This document shows, in pieces, positions 19,740 to 29,258 of a stretch of 64,000 nt of DNA. The notes under the pieces are model-generated. The model searched no databases. It had not been told where the DNA came from and saw only the letters and a program-made list of their open reading frames with translations. The stretch comes from Candidatus Hydrogenedentota bacterium. GTDB taxonomy: Bacteria > Hydrogenedentota > Hydrogenedentia > Hydrogenedentales > SLHB01. The DNA lies in contig CAXXYE010000001.1 of the NCBI GenBank assembly GCA_963674865.2, positions 192,001 through 256,000 of the forward strand, read 5' to 3'. The position numbers and the translations under genes are program-made. How positions within the stretch are numbered: the first letter of the stretch is position 1; each line of letters starts with the position of its first letter.

Positions 19740-20195
19740 TCAGAGCCACTCGAAGGTTTGGATGATGCGGCGGCGCAGGTCGTCATTGTCGTCGGTGACA
19801 ACCAGCAGGAACATGTCTTTGCGGGCGACATCGGAGGGGGTGTTGGGATTGGGTGCGGCGCCCAGTTGCTCGCTCAGGTTCCAGGCCTCCACCATGGCTT
19901 CGCCGGGCCCCTGGCGCAAGTACTGCTGCTGCTTGGCGATCTTCCCCACATCGTCATACACGAAGATGTCCACCTGCGCCCCGTTGACTTTCATGGCGGT
20001 GTGATCGGCGGCCTGGCGAAAGGCGGCCATGGTGCCGGGCCTGATATCGGCAACCTCAAAACCGGCCTCCTCAAACGCCTCGACGATCCTCTCCACGGTG
20101 ACGGGTTTGGGCAAATAACGCTTCAGGGCGGGCAGGACAGGGATTAGCGCTAAGAGCACTACGAAAGCGATGAGGGCTTTTGTCTTGCCTTCCAT
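19740..20195 (-). CDS. Hypothetical protein with N-terminal membrane anchor, directly after fliP
   Basis: Hydrophobic N-terminus ALIAFVVLLALIPVL; 8-bp gap to fliP; protein-like composition. Confidence 0.75.
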   Translation of the reverse strand: MEGKTKALIAFVVLLALIPVLPALKRYLPKPVTVERIVEAFEEAGFEVADIRPGTMAAFRQAADHTAMKVNGAQVDIFVYDDVGKIAKQQQYLRQGPGEAMVEAWNLSEQLGAAPNPNTPSDVARKDMFLLVVTDDNDDLRRRIIQTFEWL

Positions 20196-20203
20196 TATCC
20201 CCC

Positions 20204-20968
20204 CTATTGGAAGCTTCTCATCAGGCTGCCGATGAGCAAGTACCAGCCGTCGGCAAGTACGAACATAACAATCTTGAAGGGCAGTGAGACGAACACAGGC
20301 GGCAACATCATCATTCCCATGGCCATAAGCGTGCTCGCGACAACCATGTCGATAATGAGGAAGGGGATGTAGATGATGAATCCCATCTGAAAAGCGATGC
20401 GGAGTTCGCTGACAATGAAGGCGGGGACAAGAACGTGGGTCGGCACGTCGTCCTTAGTCTCGGGACGGCCGAGGCCGGCGATGTTGATAAACAGGGCCAA
20501 GTCCTTGGGATTGCTGATCTGCCGAAACATGAATTCACGGATGGGGGTGAGGGTGTTGGTGTAAGCTTCCTGGATGGAGATCTCCTCGGTTCGGTAAGGC
20601 ACATATGCGTCGGCATACACCTCTTGGTAAGTGGGCGCCATGATGAAAAAGGTGAGGATGAGCGCCAGCCCGACAAGCACTTGGTTCGGGGGGGATTGCT
20701 GAGTCGCCATGGCCTGACGCAGGAATCCGAGCACGACGACGACCCGCGTGAAGGAAGTGGTCATGACAAGGATGGCGGGGGCGAGAGAGAGGGTAGTGAT
20801 CAGTAGGAAAAGGAGGAGCGTGGTGCCGATCTGAGGTCCCGCGAAAAGCTGGTTGACACTTCCGGGCAAGTCGAATTGGGCGTCCCCGGGTGTCTGGGCG
20901 CTTGCGATGTTGGGAAATACTGCCAGCAACGCAAGCAGGAAGATGATGTGCTTACTCGTTGGACTCAC
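20204..20968 (-). CDS. fliP: Flagellar export protein FliP
   Basis: MTTSFTRVVVVLGFLRQA, QSPPNQVL, PAFIVSEL, GMMMLPP, LPFKI; probable GTG start at 20968. Confidence 0.95.
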   Translation of the reverse strand: MSPTSKHIIFLLALLAVFPNIASAQTPGDAQFDLPGSVNQLFAGPQIGTTLLLFLLITTLSLAPAILVMTTSFTRVVVVLGFLRQAMATQQSPPNQVLVGLALILTFFIMAPTYQEVYADAYVPYRTEEISIQEAYTNTLTPIREFMFRQISNPKDLALFINIAGLGRPETKDDVPTHVLVPAFIVSELRIAFQMGFIIYIPFLIIDMVVASTLMAMGMMMLPPVFVSLPFKIVMFVLADGWYLLIGSLMRSFQ

Positions 20969-21698
20969 TGGGGCTGTCCTGCAGGTATCGTTGAAGACGC
21001 TCGAGTTCGCCGCGGAGAGAGGCAATCTCGGCGTCGTCGGCATCGACGGGCTCCTCTTGATCCATCCGGCTGGCGCTGGCCCGGAGTTCGGCAAGGAACT
21101 GGCTCGTTGGGCCTGTCTCCTGGGAGTCCGCCTCAGTTTCCTCAGGCATTGTCTCAAACATAGCCGAATCGAATTGGGCGACGCGATTCACGCTCTCCTT
21201 GGTAACGCCCAGCACGAGCACTCGCTCGCCAATGCGGACGAAGCACAAACTAGCATTCGGCGCTATGTGAACTTTGCCAAGGAGTGTGCCGAGGCGGGGG
21301 CCAGCGAACAGCGGGGAGCGGCGGCCGTACTTCTTCAGGAAGTAGTAGGCCATCATGATGAGGAGCAGGACAATGCACAGCGCCCACAGGCCCTTGAAGT
21401 AGGGATAGGAGCCTGTCAAAGACCCGCCCGGGGCCTGACGAGGTTCGGCACCGTCGTCGTCTTCGGCGTTCCCTTCGAGTGCCTCATACAAGCCCGCCTT
21501 GAAATCCTCCGGGAATTGCGCGGCCTCATCTTGGGCGTCTTGAGCGGGCTGGGAAGGCTGGTAGAGTTCAACCGGTGGAGCGTCGGTAGTGGCGAAGGAC
21601 TCCGGGGCTGCCGCCTGTTCGGCGAGGGCATCCGCCTCGGCTGGCTGTCCGCTTGCCGCGGCGGCGACAAGAACGACTGTCCAGAGGCTACTCCACAT
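20952..21698 (-). CDS. fliO: Flagellar protein FliO-like
   Basis: Signal, TM helix, then VRIGERVLVLGVT; located between fliN and fliP. Confidence 0.8.
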   Translation of the reverse strand: MWSSLWTVVLVAAAASGQPAEADALAEQAAAPESFATTDAPPVELYQPSQPAQDAQDEAAQFPEDFKAGLYEALEGNAEDDDGAEPRQAPGGSLTGSYPYFKGLWALCIVLLLIMMAYYFLKKYGRRSPLFAGPRLGTLLGKVHIAPNASLCFVRIGERVLVLGVTKESVNRVAQFDSAMFETMPEETEADSQETGPTSQFLAELRASASRMDQEEPVDADDAEIASLRGELERLQRYLQDSPSESNE

Positions 21699-22026
21699 CG
21701 CTCTCTTCTCCCGTACGTTCTCCTGTGGTCATTTCCCCTAGACGTACGTGCAGTGTATCACCGATAACGACGACCTCCCCCCGTGCCAATGGAAGGTCGT
21801 TGACATAGATGTCAGTCATCTCACCGGCCAATTTGTCAAGAGGGATGACCGACCCACGCTTCAGTTCAAGTACTTCGCGAACGAGCATAGAGCACTTGCC
21901 GAGATCGGCGCTCACTTCAAGGGGAACGTCCTTGAGGTCATCGATGCCCAGGCGCTGGGCGCCGACGGCGTCCCCTACGATTTCCTCGAAGGTGTGTTCT
22001 TGCGCTTCTTTTGGGTCGTTTGTCAT
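21688..22026 (-). CDS. fliN: Flagellar motor switch protein FliN
   Basis: SpoA domain DVPLEVSADLG...GSVIPLDKLAGE...LARGEVVVI. Confidence 0.9.
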   Translation of the reverse strand: MTNDPKEAQEHTFEEIVGDAVGAQRLGIDDLKDVPLEVSADLGKCSMLVREVLELKRGSVIPLDKLAGEMTDIYVNDLPLARGEVVVIGDTLHVRLGEMTTGERTGEESDVE

Positions 22027-22553
22027 TGATCCGCGATAGCCCATTTTCCGTGGAATACATCGGTGATCCGAATGTTGGCGTCAGGCTGCAGCTGGAGTCG
22101 AAGGAGCGTATTGTTCGCTGTCTCAAGAACTTGCCGTTCAATCTCGCTCTTCACCGACTGCTTGGTGAGGTCTTCGCGTTTGCGAAACTGATGGAGGTCG
22201 TTGATCGCGGCGTTGAAGCGTGCGCGGTTGGCTTCGACGAGGGCCGCCGTTTCGGGATTGGCGCACTCGAGCGTCACCTGGTAAACGAATTGGGACATAG
22301 GCATGTCCTCTTCGGGCATGATGCAGTTGACGAAAGTCTCGTCGAAGGCCACGGTGACGGCACTGGCGGGAATGAGTTCCGCCGGGGGCGTCTCATTTTC
22401 CGATGAGGCGAAGAGCGGCGCAAGCGCAAACTTGAAGGTTACCAGGCCCAGAATGGCCGAGATCATAACGATGCCAAGCGCAAGGCCGAGTTTGCGGACT
22501 AGTGAGCCCTTACCCTCGCTGGTTGGTTCGGCGGTAGTTTCTTCGTCGGCCAT
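22023..22553 (-). CDS. fliL: Flagellar basal body-associated protein FliL
   Basis: N-terminal TM, FDETFVN, C-terminal RITDVF; position after motB. Confidence 0.75.
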   Translation of the reverse strand: MADEETTAEPTSEGKGSLVRKLGLALGIVMISAILGLVTFKFALAPLFASSENETPPAELIPASAVTVAFDETFVNCIMPEEDMPMSQFVYQVTLECANPETAALVEANRARFNAAINDLHQFRKREDLTKQSVKSEIERQVLETANNTLLRLQLQPDANIRITDVFHGKWAIADQ

Positions 22554-22584
22554 GTCTCAGCTTCCCCTCTGCTCGCGGGCTCGG

Positions 22585-23361
22585 TCAGCGTTCCGTAACG
22601 CCGGCCTCGAGCGCGCCGAGCCTCTCCTGCAACGTTTGTGTCGTTGCTTCACCTAGTTGCCCGCGGATATAGATTTCCACGCGGCGGTTGGCCTGTTGGC
22701 CTTCCGGCGTGTCGTTTGTTGCCACGGGTTGGCCCGGGCCGCAAGCGATGATCTCGAACCGTTCAATGGGCATGCCGCTGGTATTGACAACGTAGCGGGT
22801 CACGGCGTCCGCCCGAGCATAACTCAGATCATAATTATCGCGGTAGCGGGCCGAGCTAATCAATGGGCGGCTGTCGGTATGGCCGCGGATTTCAACAAAG
22901 GCGTTAGGAATGTCTGCAAGCAGGCCGGCGAGGTCGGCTAGGAATGGGTAGGCCTCCTGTTTCACGGAAGCCTGCGCCGTGTCGAACAGGATCTGGCTGG
23001 GGAGGCTGATTTTCAGCCCGCCCTGCTTGTCGTACTTGATGTCCACTTCATCTTCTTTGCCGAGAACCTGGAGCCTACGGCGCAGTTCACGCGCAAGGCG
23101 TTCGATGGCCTCGGCGGTCTCCTTACTGAACTTGGGAATCGGATTGATCTGCACCATCGTGCGGTACTGGGGCAGAATGCCCAAGGCGCCTTGAAGCGAC
23201 ATCATTGCCTTTTCGAAATCTTCCTGGCTGATAGTGGAGAAGGAAAGGAGCAAGACGAAGAACGTCAGCAAGAGACTCATCATATCGCCGTAGGTTACCA
23301 TCCAGCCCGGTGCGCCGCCTTCTTCCGCGGCCGGTTTTTTCTTGCGGCTGGCGCTGGACAT
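22585..23361 (-). CDS. motB: Flagellar stator MotB/PomB
   Basis: WMVTYGDMMSLLLTFFVLLLSFS; OmpA-like GHTD...LSYARA...NRRVEI. Confidence 0.95.
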   Translation of the reverse strand: MSSASRKKKPAAEEGGAPGWMVTYGDMMSLLLTFFVLLLSFSTISQEDFEKAMMSLQGALGILPQYRTMVQINPIPKFSKETAEAIERLARELRRRLQVLGKEDEVDIKYDKQGGLKISLPSQILFDTAQASVKQEAYPFLADLAGLLADIPNAFVEIRGHTDSRPLISSARYRDNYDLSYARADAVTRYVVNTSGMPIERFEIIACGPGQPVATNDTPEGQQANRRVEIYIRGQLGEATTQTLQERLGALEAGVTER

Positions 23362-23362
23362 C

Positions 23363-24133
23363 CTAGCGCTGCGTCCCGATCTGACGGCGGACGGCCGGGG
23401 AGACGAAGGCCTTCAGCTTCTGCTCAACCACGCGGGGGTTGTCGCCCGACTGGATGGAGAGAATGCCCTCGATAATGATCTCCTTGGCGAGGAGTTCGCC
23501 GCTCGTGCGGACGCGGAGCTTGCCCGCCGCCGGCAGAAATAGGAGATTGGCCAAGAGCGCGCCATAGAGGGTTGTGAGCAAGGCCACGGCCATGCCCGCG
23601 CCTATCGTGGAGGGATCGTCCAGCGTGGCGAGCATCTGCACGAGCCCGATGAGCGTGCCGATCATTCCGAAGGCGGGGGAGAAGGCGCCCATCGCGCTGA
23701 GGATCGACTGGCCCATGGTGTGGCGGTCCTCAAGAAAGGCCAATTCGGTGGTTAAAATGTCCTTGATGAGTTCGGGGGCGGTGCCGTCGATGGCGAGTTG
23801 GATGCTCTTCTCGAGGAATTCATCCCCCGCCTCGGAAGCTTGGCTTTCGAGGGCAAGGATGCCTTCGCGTCGGGCGACGGTGGCATAACTCACCAGTTTC
23901 TCAATGAGGTTTTCGGGCGAGTTGGCCTTGTGTATGAGGGCATTCTTCAGAGTGCCGAAGACGCTCAACACATCGCTGAGGGGATAGTTGACGAGGGTGG
24001 CGGCCATGGTGCCGCCAATGACGATGATGACGGAGCTGAAGCTCCAGAACACGTCGGGCCGGCCGCCCATGACGATGGCCACCAACATGAGCCCCGTGCC
24101 GGAGACGAATCCTACGATGGTTGCAACGTCCAT
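23363..24133 (-). CDS. motA: Flagellar stator MotA/PomA
   Basis: ARREGILALE, PAFGMIGTLIGL, AVALLTTLYG. Confidence 0.95.
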   Translation of the reverse strand: MDVATIVGFVSGTGLMLVAIVMGGRPDVFWSFSSVIIVIGGTMAATLVNYPLSDVLSVFGTLKNALIHKANSPENLIEKLVSYATVARREGILALESQASEAGDEFLEKSIQLAIDGTAPELIKDILTTELAFLEDRHTMGQSILSAMGAFSPAFGMIGTLIGLVQMLATLDDPSTIGAGMAVALLTTLYGALLANLLFLPAAGKLRVRTSGELLAKEIIIEGILSIQSGDNPRVVEQKLKAFVSPAVRRQIGTQR

Positions 24134-24338
24134 TCGCGCTATCCTAAGAGGTGAGGTTCACTAACGACCCCCGAGGAGATGGTCGCTGTCGCCGGCGAGT
24201 TGCCTTGGCCATGCGGCATGTTCCGTAGCTCCAACGGGGGACAAACCACGACGCGCGTCCGCCGGAGCACGGCGGCCAGCCTCGTCTGCGGGCTGTTCCT
24301 CCTCCTCACGCTATGGCGACCCCTCATATACCATTCCC

Positions 24339-24368
24339 ATCATACCATCGCCGACGGGACAGCGTCCA
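24339..24368 (-). promoter_or_regulatory. Candidate sigma70 promoter for motAB-fliLNOP
   Basis: TGGACG-N18-TATGAT with extended TG, downstream of the flgE hairpin. Confidence 0.35.
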
Positions 24369-24418
24369 CAGCGAGAAGGCGCGTTTCCGCTCCCGTCGCC
24401 GCGGGCGAAAGAGAGAGT

Positions 24419-24445
24419 CAGGGGGGCGTTGCGCACGCCCCCCTG
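24419..24445 (-). terminator. Hairpin after flgE (probable terminator)
   Basis: Perfect 11-bp stem CAGGGGGGCGT/ACGCCCCCCTG, 5-nt loop, followed by pyrimidine-rich ACTCTCTCTTTC on the minus strand. Confidence 0.6.
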
Positions 24446-24468
24446 GTTACCGTGACCCCGCTATTCTG

Positions 24469-25782
24469 TTATCGGACGAGATTAACGGTTTCTTGAAGAA
24501 GGGTATCCGAGGCGGTGATCGTCCGCGCATTGGCCTGGAAGCCGCGCTGGGTGACGATCATGTTGGTGAACTCAGTGCCCAAGTCCACGTTCGAGCCCTC
24601 CAAGACGCCCCCGGAAACGGAGCCGCGGCCGCCGCTGTCCGGGAGGCCGACCTGCGCCGTGCCGGACGACTGCGTCTCGAGGAACACGTTGTCGCCCGTT
24701 CGCAAGAGGCCGCCGAGATTGGAGAATGTTGCAAGGGCTACCTGGCCGATAGTCTTGGTCAGGCCGTTAGTGAAGACGCCGTTAATCGTTCCGTCGCCAC
24801 CGATATTGAAACTCTCGAGCGTGCCGCGCGGGAAGCCGTCTTGATTGGACACCGTTACGTCGCTGTCCGCGGAGAGCTCCGTCACCTGGGAGAAATCCAG
24901 GTCGAACTCGAACGGTGTGTCAGGAAAACTGTCAAGCCCGCCGAAATCGGCTAGGGAGATGGATATTTCCGGATCGGTGTCGGCGCGCGGAGTCAAGACT
25001 CCGCCGGATACTGTTCCCTCCGCGACGACTACGCCGTCGCCGTCAAAAGCGATGGTGCCGCTCCCCACGGTATTCGTGGTACCGTCCTCGTTTGTGTATT
25101 CAGCCTCCCAGTCCCAAGCGTTGTACGAGGTTGCGCCGATGGTAACTTGGCTGGCTTTTGTATACGTGATGGTGATATCGCGGGCGGTTCCCAGAGAATC
25201 ATAGACACGGATATCACGCTCAACCGTGTCGCCCACTTCGGCATCGGACGAGAGGTTGCCTACCAGGGTGACGTTCTCGGTGGCGCGGACGATGGCTGTC
25301 GCGCCCACGGGGATCGTCAGGTCCTGCAACACGGCATTCACGTCGATCACGCCCGAGCTATCCGCCATGTAGCCTTGCACGCGCAGGCCGCTTGCCGAGT
25401 CGATCAGCACGCCGTCTGCGTTCAAGGAGAACGAACCGTCGCGCGTGTAGTAGTTCGCGGAGCCATCGCTGAGCACGAAGAAACCCGTGCCCTGGATTGC
25501 GAGGTCCGACGCCACGCCGGTAGTGATCAGGGATCCTTGAGTATGATCCACGTCAATCGAGCCCACCTGAACGCCCAATCCGACCTGCACCGGATTGCTG
25601 CCGCCGAAGTTGTCGACAGGTGCGCTGCCCCCTTCCAAAGTCTGCGAGAAGAGATCCTGGAAGAGGACTCGGGACCCCTTGTAGCCGGTGGTGTTGACGT
25701 TGGCGATATTGCTTGCAACGACGTCAAGGCGGCGCTGATGCGCAAGCAGGCCTGTGACGCCGGTGTAGATAGCGGTACCCAT
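24469..25782 (-). CDS. flgE: Flagellar hook protein FlgE
   Basis: SNIANVNTTGYK, DLAIQGTGFF, YTRDGSF, LEGSNVDL...QRGFQANAR; start MGTAIYTG. Confidence 0.96.
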   Translation of the reverse strand: MGTAIYTGVTGLLAHQRRLDVVASNIANVNTTGYKGSRVLFQDLFSQTLEGGSAPVDNFGGSNPVQVGLGVQVGSIDVDHTQGSLITTGVASDLAIQGTGFFVLSDGSANYYTRDGSFSLNADGVLIDSASGLRVQGYMADSSGVIDVNAVLQDLTIPVGATAIVRATENVTLVGNLSSDAEVGDTVERDIRVYDSLGTARDITITYTKASQVTIGATSYNAWDWEAEYTNEDGTTNTVGSGTIAFDGDGVVVAEGTVSGGVLTPRADTDPEISISLADFGGLDSFPDTPFEFDLDFSQVTELSADSDVTVSNQDGFPRGTLESFNIGGDGTINGVFTNGLTKTIGQVALATFSNLGGLLRTGDNVFLETQSSGTAQVGLPDSGGRGSVSGGVLEGSNVDLGTEFTNMIVTQRGFQANARTITASDTLLQETVNLVR

Positions 25783-25799
25783 TCCTTCTTTCCTCCTGG

Positions 25800-26273
25800 T
25801 TAGTAGCGCCGCGTCAGTCGTTCGGCGACGCCCAGGCTTCCCCATGCGGGGTCCAGCCCGTTTTCCGCTTGCGACGGCGCCGCCTCATCTTTGCTGGCGA
25901 TGATGATGGCGCTGTCGATGTTGGTGAATACTTGATCTTCCATTTCGTTCTGGTCCACTGCCGTGATCACCGTCCGATTGGGTACGCTGACCACAAGGGC
26001 GCAGTTTTCCATGAGGAGTAGCGTTTCGCGTGCGCCTTTCTCCGCCGCACTGTCCACGGCTTGGGTGATGCGGCCTTGATCGGCTTCCGTGAGCGTAATG
26101 CCCCGCTCATCCAAGCGACGTTGGGCGTGCGCGGAGAACTTCACGGCGCGAAGGCTCTGCGCTTCGCTCTCAAGAACAGCCGAGAACGATTGCTGGGCCG
26201 GTGCGGCCCGCGACTGCGACGAAACCGCGTTTGAGCGGCCGTCGATGCTCTCGAATTGGATTCGGTTTACCAT
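25800..26273 (-). CDS. Flagellar operon protein (TIGR02530-like)
   Basis: KFSAHAQRRL, LVVSVPNRTVITA, VFTNIDSA; between flgD and flgE. Confidence 0.85.
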   Translation of the reverse strand: MVNRIQFESIDGRSNAVSSQSRAAPAQQSFSAVLESEAQSLRAVKFSAHAQRRLDERGITLTEADQGRITQAVDSAAEKGARETLLLMENCALVVSVPNRTVITAVDQNEMEDQVFTNIDSAIIIASKDEAAPSQAENGLDPAWGSLGVAERLTRRY

Positions 26274-26278
26274 GGCGT

Positions 26279-26800
26279 CTACTCGATCGTCAGCACGCCC
26301 GCCATGGAGACGGTTTGGCCATCGACATAGAGCTGTACGACGCTGCCTTCGAGCTGGACGCTTTCAACCGTGCCTTCGACGATGTTGCCGTCGACATCAA
26401 GAGCTGTCACATTGTGCCCCACCAGCCCAGTGGCCGAGATGAAGTTCAACTGGTCGATGTTCCCGGCGAGCAGCTCGACGTTCTCATTGAGAGTTGTCAT
26501 TTGCTCGAGAGACGAAAACTGGGCCAGTTGGGCAAGCATCTCGCTGTTGTCAACGGGATCCATCGGGTCCTGGTACTGCAACTGCGTGACAAGCAGCGTC
26601 AAGAACGCTTCGCCGTCCAAGTCGTCGTAGCCGCTCGACGTTTCTTCCGTGCTGTTCTTCTGCGTCACCGCGGCTTTGCGAAGAAGTGACACGAGGCCGG
26701 AGGAAGTGTCTGACGCAGCAGCGGTGTTCTCACTCCTGCTGAAGAGGGAACGCCCCAGTGAGCCAATGGCGTTGAGGCCGTGTGCGAGTATGGGGTTCAT
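26279..26800 (-). CDS. flgD: Flagellar hook capping protein FlgD
   Basis: FLTLLVTQLQYQDPMDP...QLAQFSSLEQM. Confidence 0.93.
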   Translation of the reverse strand: MNPILAHGLNAIGSLGRSLFSRSENTAAASDTSSGLVSLLRKAAVTQKNSTEETSSGYDDLDGEAFLTLLVTQLQYQDPMDPVDNSEMLAQLAQFSSLEQMTTLNENVELLAGNIDQLNFISATGLVGHNVTALDVDGNIVEGTVESVQLEGSVVQLYVDGQTVSMAGVLTIE

Positions 26801-26819
26801 GTTCTTACCTTTCTTTCTC

Positions 26820-28526
26820 CTAGACGAACACGTTCAGAGTCCCTTCGTGATGCGTCCTACGCGCTGGCAGGGCATCGGGGGCTCCCTGAGGGGCCTGATA
26901 GGTCGTGCGATTTCCGCTCGCCGAACGGCCATAGCCCGTGAAATCGAAGGCCTGCCGTTCCAGGGCGCCACCGGATGTCTGCCCGCCGGGCAAGTCCGTC
27001 GACACGGTGACGCGGGTCGCTTCGACTCCCTGGCGGGCCAGGGCATGGCGGAGGTCGTGTACTCGGGCCTCCAGGATTTCTCGCACGCCCTCGTTGGTTG
27101 ACGCCAGCCGCACGTTCAACTCCGAGCCGGACGACGAGACCTCGAGTCGCACTTCACCCAGCGATTCGGGTTCCAGCCGCACGGTAAGCCGCTTCTCCCC
27201 GTTGGCCGCCATGTAGCGAACCTGCTTGATTACAGGTTCCGCTACGTCCCGCCACGAGGGAGACTCTGGCGAGGGCGCAGCTTTGGGCGCCGAGGCTGCA
27301 GCATCGACAGTCTTTGGTGCCACGGCCCACCCTCGCGCACTATCCGGGCCTGCCGTCGCATCGGGGGGCTGCTCTTCAACGGATTTACTGGCCGCAGCGG
27401 GCGTGGCCGCAGTCGTAATGTCCAGAGCTGCCGGGGTGCGGGCCGCATACTGTAGAGGCGCTCTGCTCTCCGTCGTTGTGACGGAGGAGGGGGCCACCTC
27501 CGCGGCATCCTCACTCGTGACTGCCCTTTCGACATGAGCTACGAAGCTCCGGTGCAGAGAGCCGCCACCTGAACTCTCCTCGCTCGTTGTACCTGCATCG
27601 GTGCCCGCCGACGCGTTGTCCGAGTGCCCTGGCAGGGCCTCAGCTTCGGCTTGCTGGCCGTACGCTTCGGAGATAGCACGTGCGGGGACATCCAACGAGG
27701 TGGCTACCGACTTGCTCGCCGGCGGGCCGGCGACTACCGGCTCTGCGTTCCGTGCAAGTTGTCTCGCTCGGAGCGTCACCTCTCCAGATGGCTCTGGATC
27801 GGTGCCGGCCAGCCTCTCCCAGGCCGCGGAGTGACTCGCGGCAGGAAGGTCCGTGCTTGTCGGCGCAGGTTCGTCTGTACTGGAGTCCGTTGACGGTGAT
27901 GCCGTTTGCCCGGGATCGGGAGTGTCAACATCTCCGGCTACTGCGGCTACCGCGTTGGCTTCCGGTTGGTTCGCGACGTCCTGTTGATCGGGCAAGAAAG
28001 GCCCGGGACTACCTGGCGTCATCAACTGACCTGCGACTTGGACGGCATTCTCCGCCCCTTTCGTAGCCACGGTTCCCAGGCCTTCCAGGAGTACCTCCTC
28101 GTCCCCGACAAGGGCCACGGGCGTATAGGCCGGCTCTTCCGCGGCCGGCGCAGCCGGCCAAGCGATCCCTTGACGTGCCAGCCATTCGAGCAAGGCTGTC
28201 TCAGAGGCGGGCCTTTCTTCATCCGCTTCCTGCAGCGCTTCGTCAGGCTCGCACGGGGCTGAAGCGGATGAGGCTTCACCCGCGCTCAGCAACCACTCGC
28301 TCAGCCAAGTGGGCAGCTTCTGTCCACTCGCCGGCGTTGTATCGCTGGCCGTGCCTTCCGTGGCTCCGGCGTCTGCTTGGACATCAATGCCCTGCATGCA
28401 GGCGAGCAGCATGGCAAATAGCCCACCCGTTTCGCTGGCGTTCCGGGCCTGTCCGCTTGGAGGGCCGGCTCCGCTTGCCGCCAGCAACTGCTGTACGAAA
28501 GATATGGGGATATTCACATGATTCAC
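26820..28526 (-). CDS. fliK: Flagellar hook-length control protein FliK (start may be GTG 28517)
   Basis: Long low-complexity region plus C-terminal VRLEPESLGEVRLEV...LRHAL; ends LNVFV. Confidence 0.88.
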   Translation of the reverse strand: MNHVNIPISFVQQLLAASGAGPPSGQARNASETGGLFAMLLACMQGIDVQADAGATEGTASDTTPASGQKLPTWLSEWLLSAGEASSASAPCEPDEALQEADEERPASETALLEWLARQGIAWPAAPAAEEPAYTPVALVGDEEVLLEGLGTVATKGAENAVQVAGQLMTPGSPGPFLPDQQDVANQPEANAVAAVAGDVDTPDPGQTASPSTDSSTDEPAPTSTDLPAASHSAAWERLAGTDPEPSGEVTLRARQLARNAEPVVAGPPASKSVATSLDVPARAISEAYGQQAEAEALPGHSDNASAGTDAGTTSEESSGGGSLHRSFVAHVERAVTSEDAAEVAPSSVTTTESRAPLQYAARTPAALDITTAATPAAASKSVEEQPPDATAGPDSARGWAVAPKTVDAAASAPKAAPSPESPSWRDVAEPVIKQVRYMAANGEKRLTVRLEPESLGEVRLEVSSSGSELNVRLASTNEGVREILEARVHDLRHALARQGVEATRVTVSTDLPGGQTSGGALERQAFDFTGYGRSASGNRTTYQAPQGAPDALPARRTHHEGTLNVFV

Positions 28527-28715
28527 CTCCTTTCCATATGGGATAGCCGACGGTTGGGGCGTATGCCTTCCCGTCGGGCAAAGCCTGAAATAAGCGTGAA
28601 GTCCCTCGACTCAATAGAAGGCAGCGAGGGCGTGAGTGTGGGAAATGCTGTAGCTTGGATGGCCCGCGGGAGCGGGGCCGGGGAAACGAGAGGATTAATT
28701 CTCCAGGCGACTTGC

Positions 28716-29258
28716 CTAGAGGCGCCTTTCCTGAAGGTTCCGCAAGATAATCGCCGCCCGCCGCGGCTCGATCTCGTCAAGGATCTTGCCGCGATCACGC
28801 TCCTTGATGAGTTGGAGCACCTCAGCGGCATCTTCCTCAGGCCAGTCCTGCAAGGCCTCGGCGGCGTTTGTGGGCTTCATTGCCGCCAAGGATTTGGCGA
28901 CGGCGCTGATGCGTTCAGCCCGATCCGCGTCGGCAACGCCAATGGCGTCGTTAATCTGCTTCTGTATCTGCGCGAGTTCCTCGCGGAGTTGATCCAGATC
29001 GCGTTCACGCAGCTTCACCTGCGCCTCCCGCTCCTTGAGCTGCTCCTCCCGCTCCTTGAGAGACTCTTGCTGTTTCTTGAGGGCTCTGACAAGCGGGCCG
29101 ACTTCATCTTCTTCGGTAGGCGCAGCGGCAACCGGCGCTTCGTGCTTCAGCAGTTTCTGCAGACTTTCCTTGTTGAGATTGCCCGTAGCTGCCGTCAAAC
29201 CCACGAGGACCGCCGCAAACGCGGCCAAGGCAAGGAACATATAGCCAACGATCTTCAT
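28716..29258 (-). CDS. MotE/FlbB/YlxF-like flagellar protein
   Basis: N-terminal TM, coiled coil, AMKPTNAAEAL...GKILDEIEPRRAAII; between fliJ and fliK. Confidence 0.75.
   Translation of the reverse strand: MKIVGYMFLALAAFAAVLVGLTAATGNLNKESLQKLLKHEAPVAAAPTEEDEVGPLVRALKKQQESLKEREEQLKEREAQVKLRERDLDQLREELAQIQKQINDAIGVADADRAERISAVAKSLAAMKPTNAAEALQDWPEEDAAEVLQLIKERDRGKILDEIEPRRAAIILRNLQERRL

Noticed and set aside
24139..24327. 62-aa ORF between flgE and motA as flbD
   Set aside because: No resemblance to FlbD and no clear RBS; more likely leader sequence
28527..28715. c-di-GMP riboswitch in flagellar intergenic regions (also 24134-24468, 34300-34697)
   Set aside because: Only generic hairpins; I could not find class I or II consensus elements by eye
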